Source: Anaeramoeba ignava BMAN (taxonomy: Eukaryota > Protista > Anaeramoebae). From it: a stretch of 64,000 nucleotides of DNA. The stretch's first letter is position 1; each line of letters starts with the position of its first letter. Below, in pieces: positions 1 through 13,200 of this stretch. A model generated the notes under the pieces. That model was not told the DNA's origin, searched no databases, and saw only the letters and a program-made list of their open reading frames with translations. A program made the translations under genes and the position numbers. Where the stretch lies: the NCBI GenBank assembly GCA_028826165.1, contig JAPDFW010000081.1:186001-250000 (forward strand), written 5' to 3'.

Positions 1-1771
1 TTCAAATTTTTTTTGTTGTTTAATTCTTTGAATTCTTGAATACTCTATTCCAATTAAAAAAATATCAGGAAGAAATTCAAATTTTTGAACTTTTTTTAAC
101 GCTTCATCTTCAATAGAATTGATATTAATTTTGAGAATAAATTCTTTAATCATTTTAGAAAGTGTTTCTGATTTTGTAATTTCATCAATTTCATCAGGAA
201 TTGCTTTGATTTTTTCTTTTCCCCATTTTTGAATCATTTCAAATAATTCAATTCCTAAATTTGACCAAATATTTGTTCCTTTTTCCAAAATATAAATAAG
301 TTGTTCTTTGGTTAATTTTGTTATATTTTCTTGTTGAATTAGTTTATCAAAGTTTTTAATCATAAATTTCAAACAATATTTATTCAATTTTTTTGATTGG
401 ATTTTTTGATTTGCGAATAAATAATCACACACATTATTTTCATTAATGTTTTTAATAATTTGTTCTTGAAGAAAATTTGTAAGTAAATTTAGTTGAAATT
501 TATTTGAAAAAACCCACAAATCAAGCAAATTTTGTATATCGAATTCTATTTTACTTGTGTAAATATATTTGATTAACTTTTTCATAATTTTTGATTTAAT
601 TTCTGGAAAATAAACATCTTTTGTTATTTTTTCTTTAAAAAAAAGAGCAAAAAAAGGACTTCTTGCACTTAAAATAGATTTATGACAAGGAAATTCTTTT
701 AAATTTTTTCCTACTTTAATTGTAACATCTGAATGATTTTCTTTTGTTTCCAAAAATTTACAATAATCTTGAATAAATGCTTGTGTAAATTTTTGAATGC
801 TTTCAATATCAACTTGTTCAAATTTTTCATTGTTTTCAATTACTTTTTTAAATTAAGAAAGAAAAATGAATAAAATGAAAAATGAATTTCAAAAAAAAAA
901 ATTGTTTTAATAAATAATTTACTTTTTTCATTATTAATTTCATTATCAGTTTCATTATCAATTTCGTTATCAATTTCATTATCAATTTCATTATCAATTT
1001 CACTATCAATTTCATCTTCAATTTTCTTATTATCTTTTTCTCTAAAAACAAAAATCATAAGAAATTTTGATTTTGATTTTGATTTTGATTTTGATTTTGA
1101 TTTTGATTTTAATTTTGATTTTGATTTTGATTTTAATTTTGATTTTGATTTTGATTTTGATTTTGATTTTAATTTTGATTTTGATTTTAATTTTAATTTT
1201 GATTTTCATTTTGATTTTAATTTTGATTTTGTTACATTATTTGTTGATTTGATGCTTTGTTTCTTCTTATAAATATAATTCTTTTGGTTTTTTGATTTAA
1301 TCTTTGAGGAATTTTTTTTAAAAATTTTTGAGGACTTGATAAAACAGAAACACATTGATCATGTTTAAGTTTTGCAGCAATTTGTTGAGGGAAATGTCCT
1401 CTTAAATTTGCAACTTGTTTTGCATTATGACTTAAAAGTGAAACAATTATATTAAAATTTCCAGTTAAACAAGCTTTATGAAGAGGTGTATTTCCTTCAT
1501 CATCTTGAATATTTGGATCAGCTCCATTTTCTAAAAGCTTTTAAAAATTAAAAATTAAAAATTAAAAAATTAAAAATTAAAAATTAAAAAATTAAAATTA
1601 AAATGATTAAAAGATATTTACAAAATTAACAATATCAATTCCAGAAGCTTGAACTGCAAAATGAAGAAGTGTTTTTCCTAATGAAATTTTTTGATTAATA
1701 TTCCCTTCTTCTTGAATAAATTTTTTAACTTCTTTTAATTTCAAATTTTCAATATTTTTGAAAATAGACAT
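1..1771 (-). CDS. Ankyrin-repeat + BTB/POZ-BACK protein, 3' end outside window
   Basis: Exons 1771-1622, 1537-1236, 1041-923 and 842-<1 join in frame via GT-AG introns. Ankyrin motifs GKTLLHFA and LLENGADPNIQDDEGNTPLHKAC; BTB motif HSDVTIKVG..FPCHKSILSARSPFF..LIKYIYT. Confidence 0.85.
1067..1230. repeat. (GATTTT)n microsatellite inside intron 1042-1235
   Basis: Hexamer repeat read directly; flanked on the minus strand by a GTAAC donor at 1235 and an AG acceptor at 1043-1042. Confidence 0.9.
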
Positions 1772-2072
1772 TGTAAGTTTGTTTGTTTGTTTGTGTTAGT
1801 TTGATTGTGTTAGTTTGTTTTAATTATAAAAAATTAAAAAGAAATGAAAAAAATGGAATTTAAAAATTTGTTTTTGTTTTTATTTCTTTTTTTTTCTTTT
1901 TTTTTTAATTAAAAAATTTTTTGGATCAATAAACTGTCGAATTTTATATTTTTTTTTCTGTCGAATTTTTATTTAATTATTTAATTACTTGTTTAAATGA
2001 TTTTAAGAAATTAAAAAGAAAATTAAAGGAAGAAAAGGAACATACAAAATTTTTTTACTAAAATTCAATTAT

Positions 2073-5000
2073 TTAATTTGAATTTTCTTGTTTTTCTTCA
2101 ATTTGATTTTCTTGATTTTCTTCAATTTGATTTTCTTGATTTTCTTGATTTTCTTGATTTTCTTGAATTTCTTGAATTTGATATTCTTGATTTTCTTGAT
2201 TTTCTTGATTTTCTTTAATTTGATTTTCTTGTTTTTCTTGATTTTGTTCTTGATTTTCTTGTTTTTCTTTAATTTGATTTTCTTGTTTTTCTTGATTTTC
2301 TTGTTCTTTTTGTTTTTCATTTTGATTTTTATGTTTTTCTTGTTTATCTCCTTTTGAAACTTTTGAAATTACTGATAAAGATTCTTTTTCTAGAATTCGT
2401 TTTGACTTTTCTTGTTTTGGTGAATTTTCTTGTTTTGGTGAATCAGTTTTTGCATTTAATTTTCCATAACAAATATCACAAATTCGAACAGGTTTTTTAG
2501 GATCAATATGTTTCATCATTAAACGTTTTGAAGAACAAGATCCACAAACAACAAGTCCACAATTTCGACAATGATGCTTTTTAAATGATAGATTAATTAA
2601 GATTTTTTTTTTTGAATTTTTATTTTATAAATTAAAAAATTTGTTTGTTTGCTTGTTTGTTTTAAATAAATACTTTTCTTTTAAATGTTGTAAATGTTTT
2701 TTTGCATATCATACAACCTTTTGTTTGAGAATCTGGAATCCAAACAGGTGCTTCAATTATTTGATTTTCATCTCCATTTTCATTTTTTTGTGATTTTTTT
2801 ATTTTTTCAATTTGGTTTGAAATATTTTTGATCCAAAGTTCTTTTGTTTCTGCAGAATCAGTAAAAACTGTGAAAGATTTACGAAGATTTTTGATAACAA
2901 ATGCATTTTTTAATCCTGTTTTTGATTTTGATTTTTGATTATAAAAATTAAGCATTTTAAAATTATAAAAAGATGAAAAATTTTATGTTTTTTTTTTAAA
3001 TAAAAGACCATTTGAATCTTTCAAGTTTTCTATTCTTGTTTCTGATAAATTCATTTTACGATGCAACTATAAATTAAAATTAAAATTAAAATTAATTAAA
3101 ATTAAAATTAATTAAAATTAAAATTAATTAAAATTAAATTTAAATTAAAATTAAAATTAAAATTAAAATTAAAATTAAAATTAAAATTAAAATTAAAATT
3201 AAAATTAAAATTAAAATTAAAATTAAAATTAAAATTAAAATTAAAATTAATTTAAAATTAAAATTAAGTTTACAGTGTATTGATTTCCACTTGGTGTTGC
3301 ATAAAGAAAAATATCATTAAAAAGAAAGAAAAATCTTTTTAAATGCTTTTTACGAGAAACTTTCATCATTGGTCCTTCACAAATAAATTTCCGATCTGGT
3401 GATAAAAAATCTTTCTAAATCCCAAAAAATAAAAAAATTTTTTTTTATATCCAAATTTTTTCTTTTGAATTTTGTTTGAGATATACAAGTTCCTTATGTT
3501 TTGAAAAAGAATTAAAAATTGAAACTAATTTTTCACGATTTTTTTCTTGGTTGATTGTATCATTGCATAAACGATTAACTTCAGTAATTTTATTATATGC
3601 TTGTTGAAGACTTTCATAATCAGGATGATTTTTATAAGTACTTTGAATCAATTCCTAGATTATAATGATTTTTTTTTGTAAATAAAATATTTCTTTTAAT
3701 TAATTAATTTATTTATTTATTTACTTTTAATAATAATTCATATCGAGGAAGTCTTTGAACTGGCATAATTAAAAAGGAATTTAAATTTTGTTCTTTATAT
3801 CGAGTAAATTTTGACTAAAACATTATCAAAATATTAAAAAAAATATTTATATTTACATTTATATTTATATTTATATTTATATTTATATTTATATTTATAT
3901 TTATATTTATATTTATATTTATATTTATATTTATATTTATATTTATATTTATATTTATATTTATATTTATATTTATATTTATATTTATATTTATATTTAT
4001 TTATAATTATATATTTATATTTTTATATTTATATTTATATTTATTTAAATATTTATATTTATATTTATATTTATATTTATATTTATATTTATTTAAATAT
4101 TTATATTTATATTTATATTTATATTTATATTTATATTTTATATTTATATTTATATTTATATTTATATTTTATATTTATATTTATATTTATATTTATATTT
4201 ATATTTATATTTATATTTATATTTATATTTATATTTATATTTATATTTATATTTATATTTATATTTATATCTATATTTATATTTATATTTATATTTATAT
4301 TTATATTTATAATTATATTTTTTGGATTAATTATATACAGAAATCCATTTATTAAATGAATCTTTTTTTTGATAATAACGAAGAATATTATTGCTTCTTT
4401 CATGATTTTTAACGTAAGAAGAATATAATTTTAAATAAGGAATCTTTACAGAAAAAAAAAATTAAATTAATTTATTTAGTTTGTTTAATTATTTTTAATT
4501 TTTGTTTATTCAAGAAATTTAATTACCAATTTATTAAAAAAATCTCCAATATTACTATTTTCATTCCAATTTTTGGTAAGTTCTTCAAGTCTATCAAGTA
4601 ATTCAGTATTAATCTACAATTTAATTCCAAAAAAAATTTTTTTAAATAAAGAAAAAAGAAGAAAAACAAAATTTACAATCAAAATATCATTGATATTTGA
4701 AAATATAATTGGAATATGATCTTTGGAAATAATAGCTTGATTTGTATCTGCAAGAAGTGTTAATTCTGCTTCAATTTCCTAAATAAAATATTAAATTTCA
4801 AAAAAATTGAAATTTAATTTTTATAGTTTTTATTTAATTTACTTCAACAAGAATTCGAAGATTTTCAACATAAACTCTTTCTGAAGATAAAATTTCTTCA
4901 ACTACTTTATCTCTATGTTTATTTTGTTCTTGTTGTTGTGTATCACCCACTTAATAAATAATAAATAAATAATAATATTATTTAAAAACAACAAAAAAAA

Positions 5001-5312
5001 AATCATTTGATTATTTTGTTTTTTAAAAATTACTTTTTTGGGATTTAAAAAAAAAAGAAAAAGAAAAAAGAAAAAAGAAAAAAATGAAAATTAAATTTTT
5101 TGAAATTTTTTTTTTTTGAATAAGGAAAGAAAAGTTAAAAAAGGGATCAGAATTATTTTTTTTTAAAAAGATTTTGATAGAATTTTTTGGTTTTTGATGT
5201 AGGAAATTTTGTTTAAATGAAATGGGAATTTTAAAAAAAAAAAGAAATAATATTTGCAAATTTTACACAACTTTGTTTTTCTTATAATAAATATTGCACC
5301 TTTAATTTGCAT
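2073..5312 (-). CDS. DH(RhoGEF)-PH-FYVE protein, FGD/frabin-like, multi-exon
   Basis: [14 protein letters not shown] and [16 protein letters not shown] (DH); [19 protein letters not shown] (PH); [35 protein letters not shown] (FYVE); QEN-rich tail. First exon 5312-5267 is tentative. Confidence 0.88.
3070..3266. repeat. (AAAATT)n intronic microsatellite
   Basis: Direct hexamer repeat. Confidence 0.9.
3843..4320. repeat. (TTTATA)n intronic microsatellite
   Basis: Direct hexamer repeat within the intron between DH exons. Confidence 0.9.
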
Positions 5313-5491
5313 TTTTCAATCTAAATTAAACATTTCACTACATCAAAAAGAACCAAATGAGAAATTCTTTAAAATCAATTTTTTCATCATTTCCCTTGTT
5401 TTTTGTTTTTTGGATTTTTTTGGATTTTTAAATAAAGAAAAATGAAAAAATTTTGATTTGGATTTTGTTTTTGATTATTTTTTGATTTTGA

Positions 5492-7714
5492 TTATTTTTT
5501 GATTTGAGAAGAAATATTTTCAAATTCTTTAAAAATTTCTTGAAATTCATTTTTCTGTTCTTGAGGAGTATCAGGACTTTCTAAACATATTTGAAGAAAA
5601 GGAATTAATTTTTGTTTGATAGAATTTGCTTCTATTGAGATGATTTTTCTCAAAAAAACGGAAAATTCTTCAAAGAAAACATTGGAAAAAGGAGGTTCAA
5701 TAATTTCCAACAACTATTTTTTTTTGTTGAATTTTTTAAAAATAATTTAAAAAAATAATTGAAAGAAAATTTAAAAATATAAACCTGGTTCACAAAATAG
5801 CGAAGAAGAGCACGATCTAAAGAAGAGCTTTCAAAAAATTTAATTATAGGAATTACATAACCTGCTTTCATTAATTCAATCATACTATCAACTACGAGTT
5901 TCTTTATTTTAAAAGAATCAGAAATATCCACATCAATTGATAAAAACAATAATTGACGAAGAATCTCAAAAACTTCAGGATGTTGACATGGATGTCTGCA
6001 TATAATTTCATTTATAAATTGTAATTGTGCGAGAATAATAACTAAAGAAAGAGTATATGTTTTATTTGAAAGAGCACCTTTAATCCATTTTAGTATTCCC
6101 ACACTTGCGATTGGAAATCTAATTTGAAAAAAAAAAGAAGAAGAAAATATTAAATATTCAAAATTCAAATTTATGTGTTATATATATATATATATTCATT
6201 TATTTACCGAATTGCTTCTTTCATTTTGGAAAGTTCTTGATCTGAATAAGAAATTATTGAAAGTTGATTTTTGCAAATAGAGCGAACAAGAGTGATTACT
6301 TCGCTAATTTCATGTATCAATGATTCTTGTAATTGAATATCTTGTCCTTCCTCAAAAGGGACAAATTGAAATTGCTAAAAGATATACTCGTTCTTCAATT
6401 CTATCATTAATTGTGGATGTATGATCAAATAAATCTCGAATCAAAGCTTCTATTAAATCAAAAAAAAAAAAAAGAAAAAGGGAAATTTATATTGAATATT
6501 TTATTTGCGATTTAAAGAAAATCAGTCTTAATTTTACCAATAAATTGTGGAATTCGAAGAAAATCAAGAGGTGGATGGTCTGCTTTTCGATAGAGATTAT
6601 AAAGCTAATTATTAAAACAAAAACAAAATCAAAACATAATTAAAAATGAAGAAGAGTAAATAATTAAATCAAATATTATGAATGATTGAGAAAATACTTT
6701 AATAACATCTCCAGGAGTTGTATGATTTCCAGTTAAAGTATTAAAAATTGAACGATAAACAACAGGATATTTTGAGATTGAAGATGTTCCAAGAATCATT
6801 TTCCAGATTGTTCGATCTCTAATAACAAATATTTGTTTTGTTTTGTTTTTAAATAAATTTTTCATAAATATTTTTTAATTCTTTGGTTTACTTGTCTTTA
6901 ACTTCATTAACAAGTTCTTGAATAATTCTTTTAAGTGGTTTCCCATCAGGTTCTTCTATTAAATTGTTTAGAATAGCTAATGAGCACACAAAAGTATTTT
7001 GGTCTTCACAGCACAAATGTTTAAGAGCACTAAGTAATTTATTAAATTGTTCATCAGTTTGATTATTTTTAACTGATGTTTCGCTTGTTAATTTTAAAAT
7101 TTCGAGTAAAAGATCTGTAAAAGAATTTATGAAAACGCTAAAAACAGTTGAAGAAGTAATATTTGCAAGTTCACTTTTGTTTGATTTTTGCAAATTTAAT
7201 TGGGAAATACGAGTTGTTGAATAAGTAAGTAATCGACTAGTATGTTTTCTACTTAATTCATAAAGAAGAGTTTGCCATTCTGGAGTTTTAATCATTTCAT
7301 CAATCCATAAAGGACGAGACTTTTTGGATAATTTTTATTATTATTTTTATTTTTATTATTTTTATTATTATTATTATTTTTATTATTTTTATTCTCAATT
7401 CTTACATTAACTTCAAGAAAAATTTTATCAACAACATGAGGATCAAAATTTTGTTTGATGAGACTGGATAGGTGATTTTTAATCATTGAATCGAAAATAT
7501 CTGGAGATTCACCTAACACTGATGTTCTCCATTCTCGAATTAAATTTATCATTTGAGGGAATCCTTTATAGTTTGCTGAAAGCATTTGAATAATTTCTTC
7601 AGGTGAACTATCTTGAAGATATTTTTGTATTGTTATTAAAACATCAGGTTCCATAATTGAGTCAGCCATCATAAGTTTTTCTCTTGGAGAAATTGGTTCT
7701 TGACGATTTGACAT
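5492..7714 (-). CDS. NELFCD: Negative elongation factor C/D (TH1-like), multi-exon, one apparent +1 frameshift near 6354-6357
   Basis: DSIMEP..PEEIIQMLSANYKGFPQMINL..FDPHVVDKIF, W(I)DEMI..EW..LLYELS, TPGDVIKLY..PPLDFLRIP, RFPIASVGILKW, GYVIPII..DRALLRYFV..LEIIEPPFS match TH1/NELF-D family motifs as I recall them. Confidence 0.88.
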
Positions 7715-7864
7715 TTAACGAATTTTAAAAAAAATGAAAAAAATGAAAAAAATGAAATTTAAATTAAAGTTTTATTTCTATTTAAAAAAAAATTGGAATG
7801 TTTTTATTTTTCTATTTTCTTATTTAATTAATTAATTATTTATTATTTATTTATTAATTAATTA

Positions 7865-9972
7865 TTAATTAATTAAGAAACGAGATCCTGCATATCTAAC
7901 AGCATTTGCAATCAAAATTCTTCCATTTGAAGAAACTAACCAACTAGAACCACTAATTTGGTCTGAAAAAGGAGAGATATTTAGAGCAACAACATTTCCA
8001 TAACCATCAATTTCTTTTCTTTTTTCAGCAATTAAAGGAATTCCGTCATCCCAATTTGCAATCAAATTACTTCCTTCTGTTAAAGTAGTTTTAATATGGA
8101 GTGATCTTTTTCCACCACAAAAAGATTCTACATTCGCTAAAATATCGTGTTCATTTTGAATAATTTTATCCGATTCAATTTTTTGCATGTTGCCTTTTAA
8201 TATTGATCCTTTTTCGATTGGAAGAAAATTATCTGAAACAATTTTCCCTTGTAATATATCCTTTGATTGCTCGTTAAGAAGCATAGGATAACAAGCAACT
8301 ACAAGGTTTCCTCCCAGTTGAACATATTCGGCTAAATAATCTCCGAGTTTAACAGGATCTAAAAAGGTTGTGTCTGAATACAAAAATATCACATCAAACA
8401 TTCCCATTCTTTTTGTTGTTGGTATTTGTTTTGAAACATTAATAACCGTAGAATTTTGGATTGATTTTGATTCTATTGATTTTTTGACATCTTGTCTCGA
8501 ATTTTCTTTATTATCAGCAGCAAGAATAAGGACTTTAAGCTGAAAAATAAATTTTAATTTAATAAAATAAATTTGAATTTTAAAATGAATTTTGATTTTA
8601 AAAATGAATTTGAATTTTAAAACAAATTTGAATTTTAAAATGAATTTGAATTTTAAAATAAATTTAAATTTTAAAAAGAATTTTGGATTTTAAAATAAAT
8701 TTGAATTTTAAAATAAATTTGGATTTTAAAAATAAATTTGAATTTTAAAACGAATTTGAATTTTAAAATGAATTTAAATTTTAAAATGAATTTGAATTTT
8801 AAAATGAATTTGAATTTTAAAATAAATTTGAATTTTAAAATAAATTTGAATTTTAAAATAAATTTGAATTTTAAAATAAATTTTAATTTTTAAAATGAAT
8901 TTGAATTTTAAAATAAATTTAAATTTTAAAATAATTTTGAATTTTAAAATGAATTTGAATTTTAAAATAAATTTTGATTTTTAAAATAAATTTTAATTTT
9001 TACTTTTGGTTTTTTAGATCTTCGGCCAAATGATGTTGGTTGTGGTTGATTCGAATTTGGTTTTGTATTTGATCTTGATTTTGAATTTGATCTTGAATTA
9101 GATTTTGATCTAGATTTTGATTTTGATTTTGATTTTGATTTTGATTTTGATTTTGATTTCGATGTTGGACTTTCTGTTGTTTTTGATAGTTGAATATCTT
9201 TAGGTGAAGCGAAAGTAAGAGCCATTAATTTATTATGATCATACAATTCACTTTTTGCAACTTCATCCAATGATTGAATTTCCATCAAATCCAGACGAAT
9301 AGAAGATAAAAAAGGATCAACAAAAGTCTTTATATTTGAAGGAATTGGTTCAAGATTTTCAGTAATGCAATTATAACGGCCCCAATCAAGAATTCTACGG
9401 AAAATATGTATGTGAATTTCACGAGGAACTTTAACAGACAAAATATTCTTAATTTCGCCAAAAGGATATTTGTTTAAGCGTTCTGGCTTTGCGAAAAAAA
9501 ACTCTGAATTTTTTTGGATGAATGCGTAAAATTTCTTTTTAAAAATTGAAAGCTCAATTCTTTGCTGTTTTGGTAATTGTTTGTTTTGTTGAGAAAAAAT
9601 ATGGTTTTGAAGATAATCTTGGCAAAGATCCTGGAGAATATTAACAGATAATTTTTCTGCAATAAGCCATAAATGGAATACGTTTTGGTTAGCAATTTCA
9701 ATTTCTCGAGTATAAGCAAATAAAAGAAACAATTGAAAAGCATCTGAAGAAAATTCTGGATATTCAAATTCATATTCGATTTTTGATTTTTGTTTGTTAT
9801 TTGCAATTTCTTGTTTTTCGGAATCTTGATTATAAAAAAGTGTAAAGAATCGTGGACTACAAGTTGAAAGAATAAGTTTGTGGCAATAAAAAGGTGTCTT
9901 ATCTTTCCCAATAATAAAACGTATGTCTGATGTTTGTTGATCATTAATTAATTCTTTGAGAACTTGAATCAT
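7865..9972 (-). CDS. BTB/POZ-BACK protein with C-terminal alpha/beta (class I GATase/ThuA-like) domain; exons 9972-9004 and 8539-7865
   Basis: SDIRFIIG..FYCHKLILSTCSPRF..FAYTREI (BTB). The GTAAAA...TTTCAG intron joins in frame to LKVLILAAD..FDVIFLYSD..LAEYVQLGGNLVV..ANWDDG. The C-terminal fold call is inference. Confidence 0.8.
8548..9000. repeat. ~19-bp tandem repeat (AAAATAAATTTGAATTTTA-like) filling the intron
   Basis: About 22 degenerate copies read directly. Confidence 0.85.
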
Positions 9973-10259
9973 TTGAATATTAAGAATAAGTTTTTATAAT
10001 AAAAATAATAAAAATAATAATAAAAATAATAAAACAACGAGAATAATACAAAAAAAAACGGAAAAATGATTTTATTTTATTTTTTTTGGTTTTATTTTTT
10101 TTAAATAATTTTTTACAGTTTATGACGTATGATTGAATAGGATTTTTTAAGAGAGAAATAGAAAAAAAAAAAGAGAGAGAAATTTTTTATTTTCATTTTT
10201 ATTTTTTATTTTTTTCTTTTATTATTATTTTTATTGTTATTATTATTATTGTTGTTATT

Positions 10260-13200
10260 ATGGGAAATAAAGTATCAACTTTTTCAAAAGAACCAGACAA
10301 GTTATATAATGATTATTTAGAAAAAAAATTTACACACAAAACAAGAGATAAAGTTTGTTTTAAATTAATTAATTAATAAATAAAAAGTTCTTATAATTTA
10401 ATTTAAATTAATTTGATTTACGTTTTTTTTAGCATGTACTTTTTCAAATTGCTTTTTTTTTTGTTTTTGGATTTATTTTTTTTAAAAAAAATTTATTTAA
10501 TTTTTTATATTAAAGGGCTCTACAATTTTACATGCATTATCTCGAAATGGAAAAACAGAATATATTGAAGACCTCATTCGTAATGGATTTTCTGTTAATT
10601 TAACTGATAATGTAAATTTTTATTTTTATTTTTCTTTTTCTTTTTATTAAAAATATATCCTTTTTGGAAATTTAGTTTGTAAAAATTTTTGATTTGTTTT
10701 GTTTTCAATAATAATTTTAATAATTTTTTTTAGAAAGACTCACCACTCCATATTGCATGCATTTTTGGAAATTATTCCATTGCATCACTTTTATTAACAA
10801 AAGGCGCAAATCCAAATGCAACAAATAAAGTATATAATTTATTCAAAATTTTCTTTAAATTTAAATTTAATTTTAAATTTGTTTTTTTTTCTTTGGGAAT
10901 TAAGATTGTAAATTTTGACTATTTTGGAATTTATCCTTTTTTAATCAGTATTGTTTGTTTTGTGTTTTTTTATTTAATATAATTTGATATAAAAATAAAG
11001 GGAATGACACCATTGCATTGTGCTGCTTGGATAGGAAGTCACAAAATTTGTTCAAAATTATTAGAACACTCAATAAATTCAAATTCAGCAAACCCAGATT
11101 TACCCAATAAAGTAAATTAAAAATAACCATTTTCTTTTTCCTTCTTTTTCCTTCTTTTTTTTCTTTTTCATTTTATTTAATACTAATAATGATAATAATA
11201 ATTTTAGAGTGTAAATAAATAACAAAATAAATAAAAAAATTTTTTTTTGAAAATATCCCTATAATTCATTTTGAAATGGAAATGATTTATGATAAAATAT
11301 TAATAGGGAAACACAGCTCTTCAAATTGCTTGTTATAGGCAATTTCTAAAAACTGTAAAACTGTTATCAGAAAAGAGTATAGATATTAATCATCAAAATG
11401 AGGTATTTTATAAATTATTATTATTTTTATTTTTATTTATTTTAATCTAATTTTTTTTTTGTATTGATTTAAAACAGAAAGTAAAATTATAACTTTTCTT
11501 TTTTTTTTTATCAAGAACGAAAAAAAAGAGAGATTGAAAATTATTTATTTATTTTTTTCTGAAATATAAAGGGAGATACAGGATTGCATATTGCTTGTTT
11601 TTCAAACAATCCTCAAATTACAGAAATTCTTCTTTTACATGGAGCAGAAACCAATATCCAAAATAAAGTAATAAATTTATAAATTAATATTTAAAATAAA
11701 TTTATAAATTAATTTATAATTGAATATTTAATTGAATAGATGGTAATTAATCATTTTCAAAAAGAAAAAGAAAAAGAAAAATTATTAATTCATAATTTTA
11801 CATAATTTAGGGAGTTGCTCCACTTCATTTATCTTCAGAAAGAGGTTATAAAGAAATTGTCGATAAATTAACTCTTCATGGAGCAGTTATAGATATTAAA
11901 AATACTGTAAGATTATTATATTTATTTTGTCTAAAAAAAATATTTACAAAATTTTAAATTTATAGCAAGTAAATAAGTTATTTTTATTTTTTGTTTTTTG
12001 TTATTAAAAAAAGTAAATTTTTATAATCCTTTTATTAAAATAAAAAGGGAGAAACCCCACTTCAATATGCATGCCAAGAAGGACACAAAGAAATTGTTAA
12101 AATACTTATTAGTAAAGGTGCTGCTTTAGATCTGTTAAATGATGTAAATTAATCAATTCCAAAAAAACAAAGCAAAAAACTAATTTCCTTTTTAATTAAA
12201 TTTTAGAATGTATAATTAAAAAAAAATAAAGTTTTTGTTTGTAAATAATTAAATTATTATAAATCTTCATTTTAGAAACAATCACCATTAGAACTTGCCA
12301 TTTCAAATGGACATTATGGAATTACAAAAATATTATTAAATAAAGGTGCAAAAACTTCTGATCCAACTACTGTAATAAATTAAATTATTCAAAAAAAAAC
12401 ATTAATAATAATAATTTTTTATTATTATTTTTATTTTATTTTTTTTATATCGATATTATTAGGGATGGTCAGCATTGACAAGAGCATGTTTAATTGGGAA
12501 TTATCGACTTGTGAGGTTAATTTTAAATTATTCACCTGATATTGATATTTTGGATGATGTAAAAGAAAAAAATAACAACACAAATTTTTTTTATAGATCT
12601 AAATTTTAATAAATTATGATGAATGTAAATATGTAGCAAGTAAAATTTATTCATTTATTCATTTATTTATTTATAATTATTCATTTATTTATTTATTATT
12701 ATTAATTAATTATTTATTTATTTATTAATTAATTATTTATTTATTTAGGGAATTTCTGCATTGCATATTGCAACAGAAAATGGATATTATAATATTGTTG
12801 AAAGTTTACTAAATGCAGATGCTACTGTTGATATTAGAAATAATGTAAGAATAAATCAGAAAACAAAACAAAATAAAACAAAATAAAACAAAATAAAACA
12901 AAATAAAACAAAATAAAATAAAACAAAATAAAACAAAATAAAACAAAACAAAATAAAACAAAACAAAACAAAATAAAACAAAATAAAATAAAACAAAAAA
13001 GAAGATAAAACAAAATAAAAAGATTTATATTTATATTTATATTTAAATTTTTTTTATTTATATTTATTTTTATATTTATATTTATATTTATTTATTTTTA
13101 TATTTATATTTATATTTATATTTATATTTATATTTATATTTATATTTATATTTATATTTATATTTATATTTATATTTATATTTATATTTATATTTATATT

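Noticed and set aside
5315-5396. Possible box C/D snoRNA on the minus strand (ATGATGA box C)
   Set aside because: No CTGA box D or terminal stem; better explained as the 5' region of the RhoGEF gene.
10120-10130. CRE-like TGACGTA in the divergent 9972/10260 promoter
   Set aside because: A single short match with no supporting evidence.
10655-10665. U12-type AT-AC intron donor ATATCCTT
   Set aside because: It lies inside a canonical GT-AG intron and gives no in-frame alternative model.
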